From the NCBI GenBank assembly GCA_038727135.1, contig JAVYWL010000001.1, forward strand, positions 192,001 through 256,000: 64,000 bases of DNA, given 5' to 3'. The translations under genes were made by a program, and so were the position numbers. The notes under the pieces were generated by a model that searched no databases, was not told the DNA's origin, and saw only the letters and a list, made by a program, of their open reading frames with translations. The stretch is from Candidatus Bathyarchaeia archaeon (GTDB taxonomy: Archaea > Thermoproteota > Bathyarchaeia > Bathyarchaeales > Bathycorpusculaceae). Numbering within the stretch: position 1 is the first letter of the stretch; every line of letters starts with the position of its first letter. This document shows positions 1-7,944 of the stretch, piece after piece.

Positions 1-658
1 AAAAACTAGCCTAATAGACTATCCCGAAAAAATAGCCTCCGTGCTTTTTACGCCAGGCTGTAACATGCGCTGTCCCTACTGTTATAACTGGCGAATAGTT
101 GTCGACCCTAAACCCCCATTCTTAAACGAGGAGACAGCCCTCCAAATACTGGATGAACGCAGAAAATATGTGGACGCCGTCGTCGTCACCGGTGGGGAGC
201 CAACCATCCATAAGGAGCTGCCCCGCTTCCTTAAAAAGCTGAAGGAGCGAGGCTTCGCAGTAAAACTTGACACTAACGGCTTAAACCCCACAGTTTTGGA
301 GCAGTGCCTCCCCTACGTGGATTACGTGGCTTTGGACATTAAAACATCGCCGGAAAAATACCACCTTCTAGGGGCAAAAGACACGGCGGCGCTCCTAAAA
401 ACCATCGAAATATTGAGAAGCGGCAAAATAGAATACGAGTTCAGAACCACCGTTGTGCCAAAAATTGTGGAAGAAGCAGACGTAATCCGCATGGGCGAAA
501 CCGCGAAAGGCGCAAAAACCTATGCACTACAACAGTTTATACCAGGCGACACACTAAGCGAAGAATACAAAAACCTAAAACCATACCCGCCAGATGTCAT
601 TGCTGGGTTTGCCGAAACCTTGAGAAAATACGTGGAGAATGTTGTTCTCCGCGTTTAG
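1..658 (+). CDS. nrdG: Anaerobic ribonucleoside-triphosphate reductase activating protein (radical SAM), 5'-truncated by window edge
   Basis: Frame is open from position 2 (KTSLIDYPEKIASVLFTPGCNMRCPYCYN); CxxxCxxC, TGGEPT, KLDTNG and YEFRTT motifs. Confidence 0.85.
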   Translation, partial: KTSLIDYPEKIASVLFTPGCNMRCPYCYNWRIVVDPKPPFLNEETALQILDERRKYVDAVVVTGGEPTIHKELPRFLKKLKERGFAVKLDTNGLNPTVLEQCLPYVDYVALDIKTSPEKYHLLGAKDTAALLKTIEILRSGKIEYEFRTTVVPKIVEEADVIRMGETAKGAKTYALQQFIPGDTLSEEYKNLKPYPPDVIAGFAETLRKYVENVVLRV

Positions 659-675
659 AAAAATGAGGAAGCGGG

Positions 676-2049
676 CTAGTAGGCTGATACGCCTACGAAG
701 CGCAGTTTTTTCAGCTTAACCATCGGCACTGTTGAGGTTTCAAGGGTTACAAGCTCTTTTCCAATCATTGGAATTTCCTTTAAAGCCGAAAGCATGCTGT
801 CTGTGAAGCGCAAATTAACAATGGGTTTTGTTATTTCGCCATTCTCTATTAGGAAGGTTCCGTCTCGTGTCAGCCCCGTCAATACAAGTTTTGTGGGCTC
901 GACTGGGTTGACGTAGTGGAAGGTTGTGACGAATATGCCATGCTTTGTTTCGGCAATTGCCTCCTCCAAAGCGGCGTCTCCGGGCTTCATTATCATGTTG
1001 TAGGGCAGTGGCATCTCGCCGAAATAGTCGCCTAATGGCGGAAGCGCATGCCCAGTGCTTTTCTTTCCTTCTCTTCCCGCCGTGAAAGAGTTGTAGCATA
1101 TGCTTTTCTCTGAAACTACGCCATTGGTTATGAGTTCTAGGGGTTTCTTGGGAACTCCTTCGCCGTCAACCGGCACAGCGTAAAGCGTCTTCGGGTTTCT
1201 GGCGTCATCAACAACGTTCAGCTTGCTATCAAAGACTTGCTGGTTTGCCACATATTTGACGAAGGACTGCCCATCCTGGTAGGATTTGGCTGAAAAGCCC
1301 ACATAACCCATATACTCTAGAAGAACGGATACAGCCAAGGGCGACAAAACAACCTCATACTCGCCGGGCTCAACCTTCACCGGGTGTAGGCTACGAACAG
1401 ACTTATCGGCGGCGTCTTCTGCCAAAGTTTTTGGCTCAATGTCTTTAATCCGCCTAGAATATTGTTGTGCTGCGCCGAAGCCTTCGGATTCCCCGTCTTT
1501 GGAAATAACTGTAGTCTTCATGTAAGCCAAGGAAAGCTGAGCCCATGCTGAAACCCCTAGTGAGTTTGCAACAGCATAGCCCAATGAACCAGTTGATAAG
1601 TATCCAGCAACGGCAGCCACTTTGGGCGACTTAGCGTGGGCTGTGTTTATGGCTTCCCTAACTCTTTCAGCCCTATGTTTCGGCGTGCACTCGGCTGTCT
1701 CCTTGTCAAAGGCTCCTCGCACTGGTTTCCAAGCCTCTGGTTCTGGAAGACTCTTAAACTCCTTGTTGGGCGAAGAAGCCTTTGCAATTTTGACGGCTTG
1801 CTCCACAGCCTCCCTTATGCCCTTTTCCTCAAGAGTATTAGCTTGAACAGTGCTTATCCGCTGATCTAAAACAACCTTGATGGATACACCGCCCATTTTT
1901 TGGGCAACGTTCTGATGAATCTGCGAGTTTGCAAAGCGTGTTAAGGCATTGTCAATCACGAACGCCACAGCTTGGGCTTGGCTAACTTTCTGTTTTAACG
2001 CATACTCAACAGTTTTTTCGGCTATTTCCCTCAACCTTTCAACATCCAT
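676..2049 (-). CDS. pmbA: TldD/PmbA family protein, PmbA/TldE-type subunit
   Basis: TRFANSQIHQN N-terminus, DGEGVP, TGLTRDGTFLIENG; no HExxGH; directly downstream of tldD. Confidence 0.85.
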   Translation of the reverse strand: MDVERLREIAEKTVEYALKQKVSQAQAVAFVIDNALTRFANSQIHQNVAQKMGGVSIKVVLDQRISTVQANTLEEKGIREAVEQAVKIAKASSPNKEFKSLPEPEAWKPVRGAFDKETAECTPKHRAERVREAINTAHAKSPKVAAVAGYLSTGSLGYAVANSLGVSAWAQLSLAYMKTTVISKDGESEGFGAAQQYSRRIKDIEPKTLAEDAADKSVRSLHPVKVEPGEYEVVLSPLAVSVLLEYMGYVGFSAKSYQDGQSFVKYVANQQVFDSKLNVVDDARNPKTLYAVPVDGEGVPKKPLELITNGVVSEKSICYNSFTAGREGKKSTGHALPPLGDYFGEMPLPYNMIMKPGDAALEEAIAETKHGIFVTTFHYVNPVEPTKLVLTGLTRDGTFLIENGEITKPIVNLRFTDSMLSALKEIPMIGKELVTLETSTVPMVKLKKLRFVGVSAY

Positions 2050-2065
2050 TCTCCATCCTCTCCTC

Positions 2066-3529
2066 TTACCTTATTAATCCAACACGGACCTTTCTGAAGC
2101 GGGCAGTGCCACATCCATGCCCAACATACATGACTTGTCCCGGCACGCCTTTGCCACAGTTTGGAGTGCCCCACATCTTCCAGTCATCCCTGCTTACGGC
2201 GTCGCATGAACCCCAGAACTGGGGCGTCACCCCCATATAAGTTGGATTTTTAACCATTTTCTCGCGGCTCCCATTTTTTATCAGCCAGCCTATTTCTGTG
2301 CCGAACTGGAAGTTTATGCGCTTATCATCTATGCTCCATGAACGGTTCGTCATCATCAAAACCCCTTCGCGAGTATCCTCAACTATTTCTTCAGCCTTGT
2401 AGTCGCCAGGAAGCAAGTTAATGTTGGTCATACGGATTAGGGGCAAAGCCAAGGGCGAATCAGCCCTCATGCCTCCGCTGCTCTCCTTAAGCCCAAGCTG
2501 GGCAGCCGTCTCCCGCGAACTCTGATAGCCCACAAAGACGCCTTCCTTAACGAGGTAAACCTTTTTCGCTTTTGTCCCCTCATCATCGAAGCCGAAAGTT
2601 CCAAGCCCCAGCGGCACAGTGGCGTCAGCCACAATATTCACCTTTTCAGAGCCATAACGGAATCTTCCAAGCTTTTCAGGCGTTAAGAAGCTTGTCCCAG
2701 CATAGTCCGCCTCTGTTCCTAGCACACGGTCAAGCTCTGTTGGATGTCCACAACTCTCATGAATCTGCAAAGCCAACTGGTCACCGCATAAGATTAGGTC
2801 CATCTCGCCGGATGGGCACTTCTCAGCCTCGAAAAGTTGGATAAGCTCCTCCCCAACAGTTTTTGCATGGTCCATTAGGGCTAAAGACTCGAAAAACTCG
2901 TAGCCGCAGGTGGCAAAGTCGCCGCGGAAAGCCGATGGATAAGACCTCACTTGGACTTCTGATCCTTTAACAGCTATGGCTGATATTCCGCCGCCACACC
3001 ATGTTATCTGCTGGTTTATTTCTGCGCCTTCACTGCTCATGAAAAGCTTGTCTTCACGGTAACCCCTATAATGGGCGTAGGAAACATTCACCAAGGGCGA
3101 AAAATCCTTCAAGAAGCGGCTAGCCTCAACAAGAACCTTCAGCTTTTCCTCTAACGGCACTTTAAACGGGTCCTTCTTGAAGCTTGTGGCATACTTCTCG
3201 CGGTAAACCTTCTCCTTCACTAGGGTTACGTCCCTTTTTTTAAGCATGGCACTGGCTTTGGCTATGCTAACAGCCTTCTCAACACAACGCCTAATCTCAT
3301 CCCTTGTTATGTCCACCGAGCCAGCAAAACCCCAGGCGCCGTCAACTATGACTCTTACACCGAAACCCCTAATCTGTGAATAGGAAATTGTTTCTGGTTC
3401 ACCGTTTTTGACTGTCAAGTTCTCGTTTAGGATTTCGCAGATTCTAATGTCAGCGTAGGATGCACCCCTCTTGCTAGCCTCTTCAAGGGCTAACCTTCCA
3501 AAATCAACAGCCATCTCCCGACACCTCAT
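2066..3529 (-). CDS. tldD: TldD family metalloprotease (likely start 3514)
   Basis: HESCGHPTELDR zinc motif, FGFDDEG, RMTN, CGKG.PGQ. Confidence 0.9.
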   Translation of the reverse strand: MRCREMAVDFGRLALEEASKRGASYADIRICEILNENLTVKNGEPETISYSQIRGFGVRVIVDGAWGFAGSVDITRDEIRRCVEKAVSIAKASAMLKKRDVTLVKEKVYREKYATSFKKDPFKVPLEEKLKVLVEASRFLKDFSPLVNVSYAHYRGYREDKLFMSSEGAEINQQITWCGGGISAIAVKGSEVQVRSYPSAFRGDFATCGYEFFESLALMDHAKTVGEELIQLFEAEKCPSGEMDLILCGDQLALQIHESCGHPTELDRVLGTEADYAGTSFLTPEKLGRFRYGSEKVNIVADATVPLGLGTFGFDDEGTKAKKVYLVKEGVFVGYQSSRETAAQLGLKESSGGMRADSPLALPLIRMTNINLLPGDYKAEEIVEDTREGVLMMTNRSWSIDDKRINFQFGTEIGWLIKNGSREKMVKNPTYMGVTPQFWGSCDAVSRDDWKMWGTPNCGKGVPGQVMYVGHGCGTARFRKVRVGLIR

Positions 3530-3647
3530 CCAGCCTAGAACAGTTAAATATGCAAGGCTTGGTTTTAAGCTTTGGCAAAGCGCAAAGTTTAAAGGTTCAA
3601 CCCGTTAAGGATTCGAATGCTCAGTTCAGATATGAGAGGTTTAACAG

Positions 3648-4199
3648 TTGAGTGTTGAGGAAGAAACCCTAGAAGAACGTAAAGCTAAAATTCTAATCAA
3701 GCTTAGGGGTTACAAACTCATCAAAAAGGAAAAAGTCAAAGAAATAGCTAGCTACGTTGTCGAAGCCCCAAAAGAGGAGAAAAAGAAAATCCTAATATGG
3801 TGTGTTCCAGATGAAACCGTTGGCATACTAACCATAAACCGCATGGCAAAAGCCATGAAAGAAGCTGAAATAGAACACGGAATCCTAATAGCAAGCGGCC
3901 GCTACACCAACGCCGCAAAACAAACAGCAAAGAAAAAGCATATAGAGCTTCTGCCAAAAACCTTCCCAGTCTTCGATATATTCGAGCACAAGCTCGTGCC
4001 AAAACACGAAATCCTAACGCCCGAAGAACGAGAAAAAGTCCTAGCCCAATATAGGGTAAAACCATACCAGCTACCCCAAATAAAGGCTTCAGACCCGGCG
4101 GCAAAAGCCATAGGCGCAAAACCAGGCGACATACTGCGAATAATCCGTAAAAGCCCAACAGCAGGCGAACACATAGCTTACAGATACGTAGTAGAATAA
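3648..4199 (+). CDS. rpoH: RNA polymerase subunit H/Rpo5 with an N-terminal RPB5-like extension
   Basis: C-terminal [10 protein letters not shown]...[42 protein letters not shown]; about 105 extra N-terminal residues. Confidence 0.92.
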   Translation: MSVEEETLEERKAKILIKLRGYKLIKKEKVKEIASYVVEAPKEEKKKILIWCVPDETVGILTINRMAKAMKEAEIEHGILIASGRYTNAAKQTAKKKHIELLPKTFPVFDIFEHKLVPKHEILTPEEREKVLAQYRVKPYQLPQIKASDPAAKAIGAKPGDILRIIRKSPTAGEHIAYRYVVE

Positions 4200-4218
4200 T
4201 GCACAGAAGTACTTTCTT

Positions 4219-4557
4219 TTATTGGCTAATTTCTGCAAGCACCTTGTCCAGTAGGTTTTCTACACGTCTATACTCTTCTAGAAGCTCTTTTCCAAAACTT
4301 GTGAGTTTTGCGCCGCCCCCGCCCTCTCGCCCTCCCCTGTAAGTTTCTATTATCGGCTTTTCCAGCGTCTTCTCAACTCTTTTTATGTAGCTCCAAACAT
4401 AGCGATAAGACATGCCAAGCTTTTTAGCGGCTTTTGATATGGAGTGCTCCTTTTCTATTTGTTCTAGGATTTGGGCGCCACCCTTGCCTATTAGAGGTTT
4501 TCCATGATGTTCCAGCCATATTTTGAAAGATAGCGTGTGTTTTTTCTGGTTTTGCAT
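4219..4557 (-). CDS. ModE-family winged-helix transcriptional regulator (DNA-binding domain only)
   Basis: KIWLE...IGKGGAQILEQI...SISKAAKKLGMSYRYVW...RGGREGGGAKLT. Confidence 0.85.
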   Translation of the reverse strand: MQNQKKHTLSFKIWLEHHGKPLIGKGGAQILEQIEKEHSISKAAKKLGMSYRYVWSYIKRVEKTLEKPIIETYRGGREGGGGAKLTSFGKELLEEYRRVENLLDKVLAEISQ

Positions 4558-4602
4558 TTTGTTTTGATATTTGCCACGTTAGGTTTATAAGCTTATTTCG
4601 AT

Positions 4603-5436
4603 ATGAATAATGAAACACAACGAGGAGGAAACAACATAAACAAAGAAACACCGCTATCCACGAGCAAAATTTCAGCAGCTTTTGTATTTGGCATTCTTTT
4701 AGGCGCAGCGGCTGGACTAATAGGCGTAGGCGGAGGCGAGTTCAGAACACCCATACTGCTCTATGTTATTGGGCTCCCAGTGGTAACAGCCATAGCCGTA
4801 AACCTACTCGTTGGCTTACTAACAGTAATTGTCTCCTTTTTTAGGCGTTTCCAGCTGGGCTTGTTAAATGGGCACAGCGTCAACATAGCCCTAACCATGT
4901 CTATAACATCAATTATCGGAGCCTATGTTGGAGCAATTTTAACGGATAAGATTCCAGAAAAACCGTTGAAGAGGCTTTTGGCAGCCTTCCTCATAATTGT
5001 CGGCTTAAAAATTGGGCTTGAACCCTTCATCCAAACACCATTCGCGTTCACCATCACCCTTGATTTCCTAGAAGAAATCTTATTAGCAGCTCTCATTGGT
5101 TTGGTGATAGGAATCATTTCCGGAACCCTCGGGGTTGCTGGCGGCGAATTCCGAATTCCAGCCCTCATATACGTTTTCAGCCTAGACATAGTTGCAGCTG
5201 GAACAGCCAGTCTCCTAGTTTCTATACCGACAGTGGCTTCTGGCTTTTTTAAGCATCATAACATGGGGCACATGAACAGAAGCGCCACAATAATAGCTAT
5301 AGCCATGGGCATAGGCTCAGTGTTAGGAGCTTTTATAGGCGCATCCTACGCTGGAGTTGTGGAAAAGGAAATCCTAAAAGTGCTGCTCGGCACAATCCTA
5401 ATTTTAGCAACCGTCAGGATGGTAACAGAACCCTAA
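4603..5436 (+). CDS. Sulfite exporter TauE/SafE family membrane protein
   Basis: Duplicated GLIGVGGGEFR / GTLGVAGGEFR motifs and about 8 hydrophobic helices. Confidence 0.85.
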   Translation: MNNETQRGGNNINKETPLSTSKISAAFVFGILLGAAAGLIGVGGGEFRTPILLYVIGLPVVTAIAVNLLVGLLTVIVSFFRRFQLGLLNGHSVNIALTMSITSIIGAYVGAILTDKIPEKPLKRLLAAFLIIVGLKIGLEPFIQTPFAFTITLDFLEEILLAALIGLVIGIISGTLGVAGGEFRIPALIYVFSLDIVAAGTASLLVSIPTVASGFFKHHNMGHMNRSATIIAIAMGIGSVLGAFIGASYAGVVEKEILKVLLGTILILATVRMVTEP

Positions 5437-5660
5437 GGGCTAACACCTTTCCTTTCATTTTTCAGCTCGTATAGGATTACCAACGCTTCGCCTAGGGGGA
5501 TGCCAAGTCTAGATGCAAGCTCGGTAGGCGTAATATCCGGCTTTTCATGAAGCAGAACATCCCTCGTGTAAGCTTTATGATGAGGATACATGACCATGGC
5601 GTGAACAGTCTCCACAAGTATAGGCCAAAGCTTCTCTTTGGCGTATTCTTCAAGACTCAT
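5433..5660 (-). CDS. Small hypothetical protein with HTH-like C-terminus
   Basis: 75 aa ORF filling the gap; ITPTELASRLGIPLGEALVIL. Confidence 0.55.
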   Translation of the reverse strand: MSLEEYAKEKLWPILVETVHAMVMYPHHKAYTRDVLLHEKPDITPTELASRLGIPLGEALVILYELKNERKGVSP

Positions 5661-5702
5661 AACCCATCATAAAGGAATATACGCGAAGGTTGGTTATTCA
5701 GT

Positions 5703-6293
5703 TTACTCTCCAGAGCCACCGACGTCTTGGGGCTTCCTTCCAAACTCCTCAAAGCTTACAACTTTTTCTATGGGTTTACGGCGCCTAACAAGGTGAAGCA
5801 CTTTGCCCGTTAAGTCAAATTTCTCCCTTGGATAGCCCAACGCTAACAAAGCCACAACACGGTAGTTTTCCGGAATTTTCAGTAATTCGCGCACTTGGCT
5901 TTCATCGAAGCTTCCAACCCAGCATGTTCCAAGACCCATGCCTGTGGCTGTCAAAACCATGTTTTGCATGGCTATGGCAACATCCACCATAAACCATTTG
6001 GGAGAAGCCTTCTGGTTGCCACAACCAACAATGACAACAGGCGCCTCTTTGAGAAATTTTGCAAACATGCCTTGGGCAAGCCTCTCCCGTTTTTCAGCAT
6101 CAGTAACGACTACGAAGTGCCAAGGCTGAATGTTACCGGCTGAAGGCGCAAGCCTACCAGCCTCTAAAACCCGCATAATCTTATCTATTGGAACGGGTGT
6201 TGACTCATAGGCTCTTATTGAGCGCCTCTTCTGAACAGCCTCAAAAACTTCCATGCCCATGGAACTGCCACACCGAGAAAAGATAGGGCGCAT
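5703..6293 (-). CDS. Nitroreductase family protein (likely start near 6260)
   Basis: RRSIRAY, APSAGNIQPWHF, GLGTCWVG, LALGYP. Confidence 0.9.
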   Translation of the reverse strand: MRPIFSRCGSSMGMEVFEAVQKRRSIRAYESTPVPIDKIMRVLEAGRLAPSAGNIQPWHFVVVTDAEKRERLAQGMFAKFLKEAPVVIVGCGNQKASPKWFMVDVAIAMQNMVLTATGMGLGTCWVGSFDESQVRELLKIPENYRVVALLALGYPREKFDLTGKVLHLVRRRKPIEKVVSFEEFGRKPQDVGGSGE

Positions 6294-6388
6294 ATAGGAT
6301 AAGTTTTGCTGAAATCTGCCTAAACAATTCTCGGTAAAGTTTATTTCCAGCGAAGCTTTTAGGCTACAAATTCAAAAGGGCTAGAGCG

Positions 6389-7075
6389 ATGATTAGGGCT
6401 GTTGTCTTCGACCTAGACGGAACAATAGTCAAATTCAACATTGATTTCAGAGCGGTGAGAGCCGAAGTTAGAAGCCTCCTATTAAAGGAAGGTATGCCAG
6501 CATCAGTCCTATCCATAAATGAAAGCATATTTGAAATGCTGAAGAAGATGGAAATTTTCATGAAAAACAACGGAAAACCAGCCAAAAAAATAGAAGAAGT
6601 CCGCAGAAAAGCCTTGGCAATAGCCGAGAACCACGAGTTGGAAGCCGCAAAAACCACAAGCCTCCAACCTGGTGTGAAGGAAATTCTAAAAGCCTTAAAA
6701 GATATGGGCCTAAGGGTTGGCATATGCACCGTCAACAGCCAAAAATCAGTAGACTACATCCTTAAAAAATTCAAGATAGGCGAGTTTTTTGATGCTGTGA
6801 CCACGCGAGACGATGTTAGAAATGTTAAACCCAACACAGAGCACTTGGAAGCCACATTAAAAGCGCTGGGAGTAAACCCGAAAGAGGCTTTAGTCGTGGG
6901 AGACAGTCCAGCAGACATGAAATGTGCTAAAGAGCTTGGCGTAATAGCCGTAGCCTTGCCAACAGGCATGTCAGCACCAAAAGAATTGGCAGACGCTGGA
7001 GCCAACTACATAATAACAACAATAACGGACATACCAACCCTAATAGAGCAAATTAACACTTCCAAAAGTGTTTAA
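6389..7075 (+). CDS. HAD-superfamily hydrolase (phosphoglycolate phosphatase-like)
   Basis: FDLDGT motif I, KP motif III, VGDSPAD motif IV. Confidence 0.88.
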   Translation: MIRAVVFDLDGTIVKFNIDFRAVRAEVRSLLLKEGMPASVLSINESIFEMLKKMEIFMKNNGKPAKKIEEVRRKALAIAENHELEAAKTTSLQPGVKEILKALKDMGLRVGICTVNSQKSVDYILKKFKIGEFFDAVTTRDDVRNVKPNTEHLEATLKALGVNPKEALVVGDSPADMKCAKELGVIAVALPTGMSAPKELADAGANYIITTITDIPTLIEQINTSKSV

Positions 7076-7135
7076 TAGAAAGCAGAGACTATTTCAGAAT
7101 AAAACCCGGCGAATTATTTATGGAGAAAGAGGTTA

Positions 7136-7537
7136 ATGAGGGAAGAATCCGCGTGGTGGATTGAGGATGCAAAAAGATGCCTAACAAAGGCTGGAAAATA
7201 TTTAGAACTAGGCTTCTACGAAGACTGTGTTTTTAACTGCCAACAGGCCTTAGAAAAATTGTTTAAGGGCTTGTCAATTGAGCTTCTTAAAAAGAGGCCG
7301 GCTAAAACTCATAAGCTTACAACCCTTTACAAGCCGCTGGAGAAACACGTTCCAATAGACGAGGAGCTTAAGGATTTTCTCTCGCTTATATCGCCCTACT
7401 ACTTCATCACGCGTTACCCAGACATTGCAATGGGATTGCCCAGCGAAATAATAACTGAGAAGTTTGCAAAAGAGTGCCTAACGAAAACTAGGAGGATTTT
7501 CGATTGCTTTCAGAAACTTATATCGAAAAGGAAGTGA
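7136..7537 (+). CDS. HEPN domain protein
   Basis: CQQALEKLFKG, KTHKL, TRYPD pattern; overlaps the MNT gene. Confidence 0.85.
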   Translation: MREESAWWIEDAKRCLTKAGKYLELGFYEDCVFNCQQALEKLFKGLSIELLKKRPAKTHKLTTLYKPLEKHVPIDEELKDFLSLISPYYFITRYPDIAMGLPSEIITEKFAKECLTKTRRIFDCFQKLISKRK

Positions 7538-7830
7538 GACGCTACCTAAGAAGTTTGCCAATTAAAGTAGACTTCGCCATCCTCTTCGGCTCAACAGTTT
7601 ACGGTGAAAGACTAAAAGACAGCGACATAGACCTAATAGTGGTTTCAAAGGATTTTGAGGGAATGCCCTTCGAGAGAAGAATGCTAATATTGCAGAAGAG
7701 CTGGAAGCACGACGTGATGCTCGAAGCTTTCGGATTCACACCAAAAGAATTTGAAAAACTCAAAAACAAAAGCATAGTCGTCCAAGAAGCCGTCGAAAAG
7801 GGAAAGAAAATCCTAGTTCGTAGACCTTAA
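7504..7830 (+). CDS. Minimal nucleotidyltransferase (MNT)
   Basis: LFGSTVYGERLKDSDIDLIVVS (GSx10DxD). Confidence 0.87.
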   Translation: MLSETYIEKEVRRYLRSLPIKVDFAILFGSTVYGERLKDSDIDLIVVSKDFEGMPFERRMLILQKSWKHDVMLEAFGFTPKEFEKLKNKSIVVQEAVEKGKKILVRRP

Positions 7831-7944
7831 ACTCTGTGAAGATGAAGTTTATGGTTGAGTTTGTACACAAAGCACAAAAGTCAATCAAGTAATTTTTGGG
7901 TATCCGTTGCCGACAGAAGTCTAGTATAAAAAAGTGTTGGATGA

